From a virus: a stretch of 64,000 nt of DNA. The translations under genes and the position numbers were made by a program. How positions within the stretch are numbered: the stretch's first letter is position 1; each line of letters opens with the position of its first letter. Shown here piece after piece: positions 40,153 through 49,906 of this stretch. The notes under the pieces were generated by a model that was not told where the DNA came from, did not search any database, and was given only the letters and a program-made list of their open reading frames with translations. The stretch is taken from the IMG/VR virus record IMGVR_UViG_3300013132_006127. One strand, written 5' to 3'.

Positions 40153-42029
40153 TGACTATTCTCCTTTAATAAAGACTGTATATACATAATTTTATCTAGC
40201 ATACCTATGCCTAAAATATCAAACTTAACAATACCTAAAGACTCTAAATCTTGCATTTCCATACCGGCTATCGTGTTACCTGTTTTAGTATCATACACCA
40301 TTGGGCATATCTCACTAAGACTAGAAGCAGATATAGCTATTCCTGCGGCATGTTTGGATTGAGTACATTTGATACCTTCTAATCTCATAGCTTGTTCAAA
40401 TCTTTTAGCAAATGGTCCTGTGCATGTACCGTCTTCTTGTAATTCGCACCAATCTCTGAATTTTTCTGGGGAGTTTTCTAAAGCCCATCTTATAATTGAT
40501 GCTTCTCCGGTGTCTTCTTTCATTTCTTGAAGATCATCGGCAATCTTAGATTCTTCTGGTATATTTTTAGTAATTTGATTCATTTCATCGAATGTTATAT
40601 TGTTGTATACTCTCAATACTTCTTTTAGAGCCCCTCTTCCCTTTAGAGTATTAAAAGTAATCATTTGTGATACGTTTTGAGCACCATACTTGTCTTTAAT
40701 ATATTGAATAATTTGATCTCTATAAGTCATAGGAACGTCAATATCTATATCTGGCATGGAAATTCTATCTGATGTATTTCTACCAGCATTATAAAATCTT
40801 TCGAATAGTAGATTATATTTAATCGGATCTACAGATGTGATACCTATCAGGTATGAAACTAAACACCCAGCGGCGCTACCTCTACCTGGGCCGGGTAATA
40901 AATTTTGAGATCTAACATAGTTCACAATATCTTGAACAATTAAGAAATAGCCAGACAAACCCGCTCCCTGTAAAACGCCTAGTTCTTCTTTGATTCTTTC
41001 TACATATATATCTTGTTGTTCTTTAGATAGATTGTTCATTCCCCTATCCAACCAACCCTGTCTACATAGCTGTCTTAATCTTTCATCTTCTTGGTCTATA
41101 AATTTTGGTAGCTGTGGTTTCTTTAAAATATCATAATTTTCACATAGACTATCAACATATAGAGTGTTCTCTATTTCTTCCTCGGTGTGCAATGCGTTCA
41201 TTTCATCGGGAGACAATATATAAAAATTATCCGATCTAAAAAAGCATCCTAAAGGCACACTTTCATTATTCAGGATTTTTTTATTAATTTCCGGTATAGT
41301 AGTTTTTAAAGTATTGCATAATAATACTCTTTGATCTATAGCATCTTCTTTTTCAGCATAGTGGGCGTCGTTGGTAGCGATAACCTTAAGGTTATGTTTC
41401 TTACCCAAATCTCTTATTATTTCTGTTAATTTTATTTGATTGGTATAATATTCTTTATCCATTAACTGTGCCTCTAGAAAGATATTATTGGCACCAAATA
41501 AATTTTTTAATTGACTAATAATTCTGTTTGTTTTATTGATATAGTCAGGATCTAGTGACCCTGTTTCTGGATTATCCATAATAGCATCGGCTAAATTTGA
41601 TCCAGCATGACCCGTTATACATAGTAGCCCGTCTAATGACAGATTTGAAAACTCATCTAATGAAAGTCTGGGCTTGTAATAGTAGTTGTCTTCAAAGTTA
41701 GAAGTAGACACTAGTTTAATCAGATTGTGCCAACCTGTTAAATTTTTCGCTAATACCAGCATATGAGATAAATCAGCATTATTTTTAGTTTTATTCTTAG
41801 ATGTTTGCTTGGATATATACATTTCACATCCCAAAATTGGTTTAATCCCGGCTGATCTCATTTCTTTGTAAAAAGAAACAGCTCCTGATATAGAACCATG
41901 ATCAGTTAATGCACAGGATGTTATTCCATTAGATTTGCACCTTTCCGCTATTTGATTAGGTTTACTGATGCCGTCTAATAAACTATAATGTGAGTGAGCG
42001 TGTAGAGGTACATAAATTTTAGAAGACAT
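40137..42029 (-). CDS. dnaE: DNA polymerase III alpha, N-terminal half (PHP + palm/thumb)
   Basis: LHAHSHYSLLDG, ALTDHG, ATNDAHY, GPGRGSAAG, catalytic MPDIDID and KFDILG. The ATG at 42029 is preferred as start. Confidence 0.93.
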   Translation of the reverse strand: MSSKIYVPLHAHSHYSLLDGISKPNQIAERCKSNGITSCALTDHGSISGAVSFYKEMRSAGIKPILGCEMYISKQTSKNKTKNNADLSHMLVLAKNLTGWHNLIKLVSTSNFEDNYYYKPRLSLDEFSNLSLDGLLCITGHAGSNLADAIMDNPETGSLDPDYINKTNRIISQLKNLFGANNIFLEAQLMDKEYYTNQIKLTEIIRDLGKKHNLKVIATNDAHYAEKEDAIDQRVLLCNTLKTTIPEINKKILNNESVPLGCFFRSDNFYILSPDEMNALHTEEEIENTLYVDSLCENYDILKKPQLPKFIDQEDERLRQLCRQGWLDRGMNNLSKEQQDIYVERIKEELGVLQGAGLSGYFLIVQDIVNYVRSQNLLPGPGRGSAAGCLVSYLIGITSVDPIKYNLLFERFYNAGRNTSDRISMPDIDIDVPMTYRDQIIQYIKDKYGAQNVSQMITFNTLKGRGALKEVLRVYNNITFDEMNQITKNIPEESKIADDLQEMKEDTGEASIIRWALENSPEKFRDWCELQEDGTCTGPFAKRFEQAMRLEGIKCTQSKHAAGIAISASSLSEICPMVYDTKTGNTIAGMEMQDLESLGIVKFDILGIGMLDKIMYIQSLLKENSQCQTA

Positions 42030-42031
42030 AT

Positions 42032-43072
42032 TCAAGCCTCGCCTGGGGATTTATAGAAACCAAATGAATGTTGTTTATTTTTGTAATTGTTTACCACATC
42101 AGGCATTCCATGCAAATCGATGTCGTGTTTAACCTGTTCGCACTTTGTCATAGTGGAACCCAATGTACAAGTTTGACCAGAGCGATATTCTTGTAACGGT
42201 TCTATATGAGTGTTTTCAAATGTTGTTTTACCAAAATGACATAACTTGCTACACATCCAGCTTTTATTTAATAAAGGTCTTTTTGTATTTTTTATAATGT
42301 CGAATTTTCTACGAAGCATATCTTCAGTCTTATGCATGTCAAATTGATCGAAACATATCGAGTAAGGACCACCATCATTAATAAAATATATAGAGAATAT
42401 TATGTGTTTAATTTCTGGATACAGGTGCCTGATAGCATAGTAGTATATCATAAGCTGTGGGTCGTTTTCAAGTTTTTCTTGGGTTTTTTCTTGACCAGTA
42501 GCCCAGTCTAATCTTTTACCGGTTTTCCAGTCTATTACCTCTATGGTATCGTCCCCAACTTTGGTTACTAGGTCTATGGTTCCTTTTAGAGCTAAATATC
42601 CTTCTAGTTTTCCTTCTGATGTATCATAAGAATATTTTGCCCACGGTTTTTTTATTTCGAAATCGAAGTGTTGTTCTGGTTCTAGAATATCTCTATTTCT
42701 AGGATCAAACATACCATTATTAAGAGTAATAGCCTTATCAACCCATGCTTTACAGTCTTTGGCATCTTTTTCTGTCCATTTATGATGAGGGCTAGCTTTG
42801 ACATAATACTCGTAAACCATTTTATTAATAGTATCTAGACTATAGTTTTCAGTATCTATCTGACCAACTACATCATCCAGTATATATCTTTTTTTATCTT
42901 GTTGAGCTTTTTTGATAACGGCTAATATTTCTAAAACTTTATGTGTTATAGTTCCTTTATCTGCTTTTTGTCCTGACGGACCTCTCCAACCTAGCACATA
43001 TTCAAGAAAATATTGCTGTTGGCAAAGACTATGAGTATTGTACGATGAACTACGAAAATATGTTATTATCAT
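42032..43072 (-). CDS. PD-(D/E)XK exonuclease, Cas4/RecB/AddB-like
   Basis: SSYNTHSLC..QY, GTITHKVLE, GTIDLV...IDWKTG, QLMIY; C-terminal Cys cluster. Confidence 0.85.
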   Translation of the reverse strand: MIITYFRSSSYNTHSLCQQQYFLEYVLGWRGPSGQKADKGTITHKVLEILAVIKKAQQDKKRYILDDVVGQIDTENYSLDTINKMVYEYYVKASPHHKWTEKDAKDCKAWVDKAITLNNGMFDPRNRDILEPEQHFDFEIKKPWAKYSYDTSEGKLEGYLALKGTIDLVTKVGDDTIEVIDWKTGKRLDWATGQEKTQEKLENDPQLMIYYYAIRHLYPEIKHIIFSIYFINDGGPYSICFDQFDMHKTEDMLRRKFDIIKNTKRPLLNKSWMCSKLCHFGKTTFENTHIEPLQEYRSGQTCTLGSTMTKCEQVKHDIDLHGMPDVVNNYKNKQHSFGFYKSPGEA

Positions 43073-43308
43073 GAGTTTTTAGCTACCATTTTACAAAGTT
43101 TTATAAATTCTTGGTCTGTCATATCCATTTTCATGCTATTAATTGTTTTGTGTACCCATTGAGGATTACCTTTCACATACCCTTTAGCTGAATCGATCCT
43201 ATCCAAAGAAGCTGTGATTTGTGTTTTTGATTTAGCTCCCCATGCAGGAGGGAAGGAAATGTCTAAACCAGATAAAGCACATTTTTTGTTTTGTCTAATA
43301 TAAACACA
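43069..43308 (-). pseudogene. Start-less C-terminal remnant of an HNH-type homing endonuclease
   Basis: 79 open codons: CVYIRQNKKCALSGLDI...ASLDRIDSAKGYVKGNPQWVHKTINSMKMDMTDQEFIKLCKMVAKNS*. In frame immediately after the kinase TAA. Confidence 0.75.
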
Positions 43309-43908
43309 TTAACTTATATTCAGTATTCCTTTATCAGAAAGAAAACGTAAAATAGCTTCATTTTTTTGATTAATAGTCATTCCGCTATTATGAATGATGC
43401 AACTAAAATTTGACCAAAAGTAATTATTTTTATCTAGAGCTGATTCGCTATTTGATTTTGCATTAAATGGATCAAGATCTAATCGAATCACATACCCTCC
43501 ATATTTTAGAATTGTATCTACTTCGTTTGGAAATCTACAATCTGGAATAATAGCTAAGTCTAAATTATCTCTTTGTATTTTATTTATAGTAGCATCGACC
43601 CAGACATTATTTTTTAATCTACGAAAAATGTCTGTGCCTATAATCTCCATGGCTTCTCTGGCAGTTAATCTCTTACCATCCCATTCTAAATCGGTAAGTG
43701 TATTTTTTTCTTCATCTGACCCATAACATTGCTCATATGTTAAACCTAAAATATTCATACATATGTCCTGTTTGAGAGGATCGGCAAAACTATATATTTG
43801 ATAATTGATATTTAATGAATGATTAGTAATAATAGATTCAACATATTCAGCACCCGTGCTTTTTCCAGATTGTTTTCTGCCAGAGAAAGCCAATATTTTA
43901 GTTTTCAT
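43309..43908 (-). CDS. Deoxynucleoside monophosphate kinase (T4 gp1-like)
   Basis: P-loop GRKQSGKST, FADPLK, PDCRFPNE. Confidence 0.85.
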   Translation of the reverse strand: MKTKILAFSGRKQSGKSTGAEYVESIITNHSLNINYQIYSFADPLKQDICMNILGLTYEQCYGSDEEKNTLTDLEWDGKRLTAREAMEIIGTDIFRRLKNNVWVDATINKIQRDNLDLAIIPDCRFPNEVDTILKYGGYVIRLDLDPFNAKSNSESALDKNNYFWSNFSCIIHNSGMTINQKNEAILRFLSDKGILNIS

Positions 43909-44975
43909 AACAATTCCTTAATTTCTTTATTTATTTCATCTTTCGACATGTCTGCTATATCATTCTTGGATACTCTAATGTGCTTAATATTGTATGTTTT
44001 AGAGCACTTTTTTTCTATCTGTTTTCTTGCTTCTTCTCCTGCTTCGTCAGAATCCATTATTACAATAATGGTCATAGCGCCAGATGTGTCTAGTAACATT
44101 TTTTGCTTATCTGTTAGATGAGCGCCAAACGTAGCTACAGAGTTATGTATACCATTTTCTTCTAGTCTCCAGACATTGCCTGGGCTCTCAACAAGTATAA
44201 CCTCATTATCTCTTTTGATAAAGTCTTTTGCAAACCAGAAGTTGTATAAATTTTCCTCTGCTTTAAAATCTCCACTATGTTTCCATTTGGGTTTTATATT
44301 GTCATCAATTGATCTGCCTGAGCATCCTACCATATACTCATAGTCTAAGTTGTAAATTGGTACAACCGCACGGTTGAACATGGTCTTTCCCGGCGTCTGA
44401 CACTCTCCTACGTCGTACTTTTTTAATATTTCGGAAGAGAACCCTCTACTTATAAAGTAAGGGCTAGGGATCGATAAAGATCTCTTTATGCTAGATCTGG
44501 TTATATTTTGGTGTGCCGGTTTTAGATTATGAGAAAGTATCTTTGCATTTGCTATAAACTGATCTTTTTCTTTTTGGTTTTTAGAAATTTTGACATTTTT
44601 TAAATCTAGGTTCAGAAATTTAAGAGCAAAAGAAATAGTATCTTGAAAGGAGTACATATCGTCTCCTTCTTTGGTCCATCCTAATTCCCTTCTAGACAAT
44701 AAGCCTCTAAGAAATCCAATAATTGATCCTTTAAAGATTTTATCACACTGATGTGTTCTACATTTCCAATTACCTCTATACGTATCCCCAGTATGATATA
44801 TATTTAAGGCTGAATCATTATCTCCTTCATGAATAGGACATGGCATAGATACAAATTTTGTATTATGTCTATACTCTAGATCAAAATGATCCAAAAGTTC
44901 TTCTATTCTATCACAAAGCTGATCGCAAACAATCTTTAGTTTGTTTTGATCAAGTAAAGCTGATTTCTTCTTCAT
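43905..44975 (-). CDS. dnaG: DNA primase
   Basis: Zn finger CPIH...CRTHQC; TOPRIM VESPGNV and DSDEAG. Start placed at the ATG at 44975. Confidence 0.88.
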   Translation of the reverse strand: MKKKSALLDQNKLKIVCDQLCDRIEELLDHFDLEYRHNTKFVSMPCPIHEGDNDSALNIYHTGDTYRGNWKCRTHQCDKIFKGSIIGFLRGLLSRRELGWTKEGDDMYSFQDTISFALKFLNLDLKNVKISKNQKEKDQFIANAKILSHNLKPAHQNITRSSIKRSLSIPSPYFISRGFSSEILKKYDVGECQTPGKTMFNRAVVPIYNLDYEYMVGCSGRSIDDNIKPKWKHSGDFKAEENLYNFWFAKDFIKRDNEVILVESPGNVWRLEENGIHNSVATFGAHLTDKQKMLLDTSGAMTIIVIMDSDEAGEEARKQIEKKCSKTYNIKHIRVSKNDIADMSKDEINKEIKELL

Positions 44976-46428
44976 TTGTTGTTGTATCATCAAATCCACC
45001 AATAAATTTCCCAGAGCCGCTGTTTCCACTATTCATGGTTTCAATTTTTGTTTTACCTTCGGTTATTTTAGCACACCAACCTTTCATATGACAATTGATA
45101 TAGTCATTGTCATCAAGACCTCCTCCGTGGCGACTAATGATCGGTATCAGTTTTCTATTACCACTAGCTCCACCATCTTCTGCTATCTCTTCATCTGATT
45201 TTCTTTTGAAGATAGTAAAATTACTACATAACCAAATAATTCTATCAGAACCGCTAGCAGTATCCGTAGTCTCTTTTGTTATACCATCTCTATTTAACTG
45301 TATAAATGCTACTATTGGTACCTGATATTGACAAGCAAAATTGTGTAGCGCCGTCATCATAAAACCTAAAACTTGATATTCTTTTAGATCTTGTGTCATT
45401 CCTTGCGTGTCCATGAGTTTTAAATAATCGTAGAAAATTACACACTTTTTTGCTGTTCCATCGGAATTCATACCGACTTCTTTTATTAGCCATCTTCTCA
45501 TTAGAGCTAATTGTTCTTCGAAAGATTTTCCCGCTATAGATTTATAGTATAGCGGTGTTTCCTTAAGCTCACCCACACACTGATCAACCTTGGCTTTTAG
45601 TGCTGCTGATTCGGTAAACTTACCCGTTTCAATTTTATTGATCTCTATTTCTGTTAACATCGCAATTAGTCTGTTAATATGGTCGTTTCTAGTCATTTCT
45701 GTATCCATATTCAAAACAGGTATTTTAAGCTTATGAGCTATATGGATACCCATGTTGTCCGATAATAGAGTTTTACCAGTTTTTGGTCTTGCTGCTATAA
45801 CATTGATCGTACTTTTTCTTAAGCCTCCACCTATAGCGTGATCGTATACAGGAAACCCTGTGGATATACCGATTTGATCTATAGGACTATCTTCTAATTC
45901 TTTAACATAGTTTTCTAGGTCTCCGAACATATGCACAGGATTATTGTCTGAGTCCTCAAGAGTGGAAGAAAAATTAAAAACAGCGTCTTCGGCCAAACTC
46001 AGAATTTGTGTTATGGATTCGGAACCCTTAACATCTAAAATTTTATCTTGTACATCTTCTAGTTTTTCATGTAGTTTTCTAGCTATATGAAGCTTTTTAA
46101 TTTTAGCAGCGAACTTCTTGACATTTTCTATGTTAGCAGGAAAATCTATAATAGCTTTTAAATGTTGTGTTTCTTCCTTCTTGTTCAGAATGTGGCCTAT
46201 TCCGAGTTCTTTCGCTGCCGAATATACGGAAGCGATATCCATTACGGCCGTTGGGTTTTGCTCTTTTTCTAAGAGATACTTGAAACACGCATAAATATGC
46301 GTATTGCTATCTATGGTAAAACTATTACCATCGACTAGATCGGAAACTTCCGAATAAGCCTTATTGCCAAAATGATAAATAGCAGATAGTAAACCTCTTT
46401 CTGCTGACGGATCGCTCAATACAATCAT
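44950..46428 (-). CDS. dnaB: Replicative DNA helicase
   Basis: AERGLL, GISTGF..YD..IGGG, Walker A ARPKTGKT, YDYLKLM, QLNR. TAATG-coupled start at 46428. Confidence 0.93.
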   Translation of the reverse strand: MIVLSDPSAERGLLSAIYHFGNKAYSEVSDLVDGNSFTIDSNTHIYACFKYLLEKEQNPTAVMDIASVYSAAKELGIGHILNKKEETQHLKAIIDFPANIENVKKFAAKIKKLHIARKLHEKLEDVQDKILDVKGSESITQILSLAEDAVFNFSSTLEDSDNNPVHMFGDLENYVKELEDSPIDQIGISTGFPVYDHAIGGGLRKSTINVIAARPKTGKTLLSDNMGIHIAHKLKIPVLNMDTEMTRNDHINRLIAMLTEIEINKIETGKFTESAALKAKVDQCVGELKETPLYYKSIAGKSFEEQLALMRRWLIKEVGMNSDGTAKKCVIFYDYLKLMDTQGMTQDLKEYQVLGFMMTALHNFACQYQVPIVAFIQLNRDGITKETTDTASGSDRIIWLCSNFTIFKRKSDEEIAEDGGASGNRKLIPIISRHGGGLDDNDYINCHMKGWCAKITEGKTKIETMNSGNSGSGKFIGGFDDTTTNEEEISFT

Positions 46429-46835
46429 TAGCCTGCCGCTCCTGAACACTTGTTACACTTATATCTGTCCATTTCTGTTGTCATATAACCTGGACTAACA
46501 TTTTCTGTTCTACCACAAACCCTGCATGTGGCTTTTATTGGTCTAAACTTTCTGCTTCTAGGAGTTGGTGGTAGTTTTTGAAGCTTTCTATCTATCTCGA
46601 TATCTTCTTTATGAAGATTTATTTCTGGCATATCCAAAAATTTATTTTCTCTATGATTAGACTGTTTGTTTATTTTAGTTCTAGTTGTTGAACTGGTTCT
46701 TTTGTTTCTTGTCTTTCTAGCTACAGGCTCCGGTGTTTGATTCGTTGGTTGCTGCTGACTATCAACCAGTGTTTGCAGAAGAGTTATGAGACTTTTTATC
46801 TGCTCTGGATTTTTTACTAAATCATTAAGATCCAT
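46428..46835 (-). CDS. Hypothetical protein with a C-terminal zinc ribbon
   Basis: CRVCG...YKCNKC. Confidence 0.75.
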   Translation of the reverse strand: MDLNDLVKNPEQIKSLITLLQTLVDSQQQPTNQTPEPVARKTRNKRTSSTTRTKINKQSNHRENKFLDMPEINLHKEDIEIDRKLQKLPPTPRSRKFRPIKATCRVCGRTENVSPGYMTTEMDRYKCNKCSGAAG

Positions 46836-47316
46836 GTTTCACCTTAACCTTTTGAACTGCTAGAAATACATCGGATAAATTTTTGATATTATTAGCCAAA
46901 TATGATAGTCTATCCATACGTTGTTTAGCGTATTTTCTAATCTTATTTAGAGAGGTAGCCTTTTCATTATGTTTTATGGCCTGTAAAGATTTTTCTATAT
47001 ATCCATACCCCTTATAATTATTTATCTCATCAGCTATCACCTCTTTAATAGTTTCATCAGCCCAATTATATCGGGCAATCTCCCTATTTAAAGTTCTTTG
47101 TATAAAAAAAGAATATTGAACCAGTCTCGCTGCTATTTCCGCACAACTTTCGGGGGTTTGTTTTTCTATAACATCCCTAGTCATAGAAAAGTATCCGTTT
47201 AATTCATCTTCTGTAAAACTATGAGATGTACTATAATTAGATAGAGATAAGGACTTTTCATATTCGTCTAAAACCTTATCCCATTCGTTTACTTGATCTT
47301 TAGTTGATTGTGTCAT
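46825..47316 (-). CDS. Helical protein, possibly a UvsY-like recombination mediator
   Basis: All-helical, about 160 aa, two genes downstream of recA. The UvsY analogy is inference. Confidence 0.35.
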   Translation of the reverse strand: MTQSTKDQVNEWDKVLDEYEKSLSLSNYSTSHSFTEDELNGYFSMTRDVIEKQTPESCAEIAARLVQYSFFIQRTLNREIARYNWADETIKEVIADEINNYKGYGYIEKSLQAIKHNEKATSLNKIRKYAKQRMDRLSYLANNIKNLSDVFLAVQKVKVKHGS

Positions 47317-47717
47317 TTATTTATCCTTTGTTTCCAATCTTCGTCTGTTTCATTATATGGTAATGCTATATATTTGATACCATTAATCTCACACCAAGCT
47401 TGCTTATCCTTGTCTCTTTTTTGAGATTTCAAAAACGCTAATCTATTATTATGATAGTGCGGAGTAAAATTATAGTGTTGCTCTCCATGCGTTTCTATAC
47501 AGGCTCGAATTAATGGAAGATAGAAATCCAAATACAAAGTCTCAGATTTTCTGGTCTGTATAGATACTTCTTCTAAAATTTGCATCGTAGGATATAGATC
47601 TTTTAAAATTAGCCTACATCTTAGATGCAACGAGGACTTTCCATCGATTCTACCCTTTACAATGTTTCCTGTCAAGTGCCAAGTGGTAAGATTACCATCC
47701 AAATCCCTAACTTGCAT
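47313..47717 (-). CDS. Vsr/DUF559-like PD-(D/E)XK endonuclease
   Basis: LYLDFYLP...IETHGEQHY...RDKDK..WC..NGI. Confidence 0.75.
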   Translation of the reverse strand: MQVRDLDGNLTTWHLTGNIVKGRIDGKSSLHLRCRLILKDLYPTMQILEEVSIQTRKSETLYLDFYLPLIRACIETHGEQHYNFTPHYHNNRLAFLKSQKRDKDKQAWCEINGIKYIALPYNETDEDWKQRINK

Positions 47718-48734
47718 TTATTTTAATCCCATCATTTTTTTAACTTCAATATATAATTGATCATATACTTTAGGGTTTTCTAACAAAAAAGCTCTAATTT
47801 TTTCAGTGCCTTGGAATTTTGTTTTTTCATCATTTAAAAAGGCTAGGTTATACCAAGCCCCAGCTTTATTAATTAAACCAGTATCTATACCCAAAGACAT
47901 TAGTTCCATATGTTTATCTATACCTTGTCCGTATCTAATATAACTGGTAATGTTACCGCCCGGAGGACCAAGAGCAGAGCATAGGGTTTGCCACTCGACT
48001 TCTTGACCAACCTGAGTATTATCGGAACTTAGCACCCAAGGCTTGAAACTCTTTGCTCTTAATTTTATATCTGTTTGATAGGCTATTGCTTGTCCAGACT
48101 TCTCTTTAAATTCCGCACCATAACCTGTTGGATTGCCCATTAAATGAGTAATACCTATTACTATGTTTTTATTTACTGGTATTACATTAGCTACCTTGCG
48201 GCAAAATTTAGCCAATAGCTTGGCACCATCTGCTCTTTGCATTTTATCCATATCGCTAGTGATTTCAGCTTCTGTACATAGAGCAGAATAAGAGTCTATG
48301 ATTAGAACAGCTCCGGGTTCTTCATTAATAATTCTCTCAGCAATTTGTAGATACTCCTCCGCATGTAAAATTTTCCCGGTTTGTGAACCTATTACATGAA
48401 ACTTATCTAGGTTAATATTAGGTATACCTTGTAGATCTCTCTTTTTCAATCTACCCTCAATATTTAGGTAATACACATTTCTTCCAGCGGAGTATGTGCC
48501 CGACCCGTATTCTTCTCTTTGTGCGGTTGCTGCGAAATCTAATGAGGTTGTTGTTTTACCGCATTTGGGTTGACCTGTTAATACGACAAAACTCCCTTCT
48601 GGGATTCCACCATTAAGGATAATATCTAAGGCTGGACTTACAGGGATAGTCAAACACTGTTTGTCCACTATGGCGCTTCCGTCTAAAATAATATTGGCGC
48701 CGAAGTCTTTAGTAACACTTTCTTTAAGTCCCAT
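47718..48734 (-). CDS. recA: RecA/UvsX-family recombinase
   Basis: LDIILNGGIPEG, Walker A GQPKCGKTT, IIDS, GLINKAGAWY, KFQG. Confidence 0.9.
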   Translation of the reverse strand: MGLKESVTKDFGANIILDGSAIVDKQCLTIPVSPALDIILNGGIPEGSFVVLTGQPKCGKTTTSLDFAATAQREEYGSGTYSAGRNVYYLNIEGRLKKRDLQGIPNINLDKFHVIGSQTGKILHAEEYLQIAERIINEEPGAVLIIDSYSALCTEAEITSDMDKMQRADGAKLLAKFCRKVANVIPVNKNIVIGITHLMGNPTGYGAEFKEKSGQAIAYQTDIKLRAKSFKPWVLSSDNTQVGQEVEWQTLCSALGPPGGNITSYIRYGQGIDKHMELMSLGIDTGLINKAGAWYNLAFLNDEKTKFQGTEKIRAFLLENPKVYDQLYIEVKKMMGLK

Positions 48735-49152
48735 TATCGATATCCTTTAGCTTATCTAGTATATTTGATTTGTAAGTTTGATTTTTACCAATATTATTTG
48801 TATGTCTAATGATATTGACTTCTTTAATCTCTTTCTCTTTTTCTGTTTCCCATAGCTTCTGTTGCTCCTTTATTGTATTGATGAGACTTGGGGCTCGCAA
48901 AGAGTAAATTTTAGAAGATTTGGGACTACTTAATGCTCGTATAACAGCTGTTTCAGCATATTTTTTCAATAGAGCATTTGCGGTAGCTATCTGATTTCTA
49001 TAAAAAGCTGCCCACTGTTTATTTGTCCAAAATCTAAAATGCAAATCTTTTTTTTCTAACTTTGCTTTTTTTTCACATATAATTTCTGTAATATACTGTG
49101 CTGCTGAAACAGATTTACCATTAGAATACTTCGATGGATATCTTTTAGTCAT
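48724..49152 (-). CDS. Hypothetical protein
   Basis: Coupled 142-aa ORF in the operon. Confidence 0.75.
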   Translation of the reverse strand: MTKRYPSKYSNGKSVSAAQYITEIICEKKAKLEKKDLHFRFWTNKQWAAFYRNQIATANALLKKYAETAVIRALSSPKSSKIYSLRAPSLINTIKEQQKLWETEKEKEIKEVNIIRHTNNIGKNQTYKSNILDKLKDIDNGT

Positions 49153-49508
49153 TTGTTAGAGTTGGGCCTATAGATAGAGTTCTTAAAAGATTTACTAATA
49201 GGAGCACTATTGGTTTGTCTATTTGCATCCGATACTTCTGATGCTTCTTTAGTCATAATAGACACAGAGCTAATTTTTTTATTGGATGTTTTTGTGATCA
49301 TCAGATCCGAAACAGAAGTTTTTTTATTAGCTTTTTCTGTTGCGTTTTTTATATTGGTTTTTTTATCGGTAGATACATGATTTTTTTCTAATGTAGATTG
49401 TACCTGTTTTTCTAGAAGCTTTAATTCTTCGCAAATTTCTTGCAAATTTTTACCTTGACTATTCAACCATCTTATAGCGTATATTTCTGTTTTTGTTAAA
49501 CGAGGCAT
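49149..49508 (-). CDS. Hypothetical protein with an N-terminal helix-turn-helix
   Basis: LTKTEIYAI...GKNLQEICEELKL.EKQV. Confidence 0.6.
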   Translation of the reverse strand: MPRLTKTEIYAIRWLNSQGKNLQEICEELKLLEKQVQSTLEKNHVSTDKKTNIKNATEKANKKTSVSDLMITKTSNKKISSVSIMTKEASEVSDANRQTNSAPISKSFKNSIYRPNSNK

Positions 49509-49906
49509 TATATCATCTCTCTTTCTGTATTATGTAACCATGATGCATTTTTTGTTCTTAGAAAACTTAGATACATATTAAAAACTCTATGGTTGACTTC
49601 ATAAAATTGTGCAATGTCTTTACCTATTGTCTTTAATAGAGTTGCAGTTTTAACATTTAAATATTGGTCAACCGGATTATACGGTTTACCATTTCCGGTC
49701 ACCTTGATATAATAATGGATTGAACCGTCGGTTCTATTAAGAGCTTTAGCTTGAGTATTTATATCTTCTTGATTTTGTCTAGGATTATTTTCATAATCTA
49801 TAAAATCTTCATGACCTTTCAGGGTATAAAACTTAGATGATGGATTATGAGAGTTTTTTCTCTTGTCTGGCGCGAATATAAAATCATCACTCTTTGTTGT
49901 CATCAT
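49508..49906 (-). CDS. Hypothetical protein
   Basis: Start moved to the ATG at 49906, which avoids a long overlap with the upstream gene. Confidence 0.65.
   Translation of the reverse strand: MMTTKSDDFIFAPDKRKNSHNPSSKFYTLKGHEDFIDYENNPRQNQEDINTQAKALNRTDGSIHYYIKVTGNGKPYNPVDQYLNVKTATLLKTIGKDIAQFYEVNHRVFNMYLSFLRTKNASWLHNTEREMI

Noticed and set aside
36630-40200. Split intein in DnaE (the C-half starts MLKL...TN-C)
   Set aside because: The Asn-Cys is only 10 residues in and aligns with native DnaE sequence (the IPLDDxKT region). The N-half has no intein N-terminal domain, and the usual FNKSH insertion site is intact.
42032-43072. CRISPR-Cas system suggested by the Cas4-like nuclease
   Set aside because: No repeat-spacer array or other cas genes were seen. 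Solo Cas4-like nucleases are common in phage replication modules.
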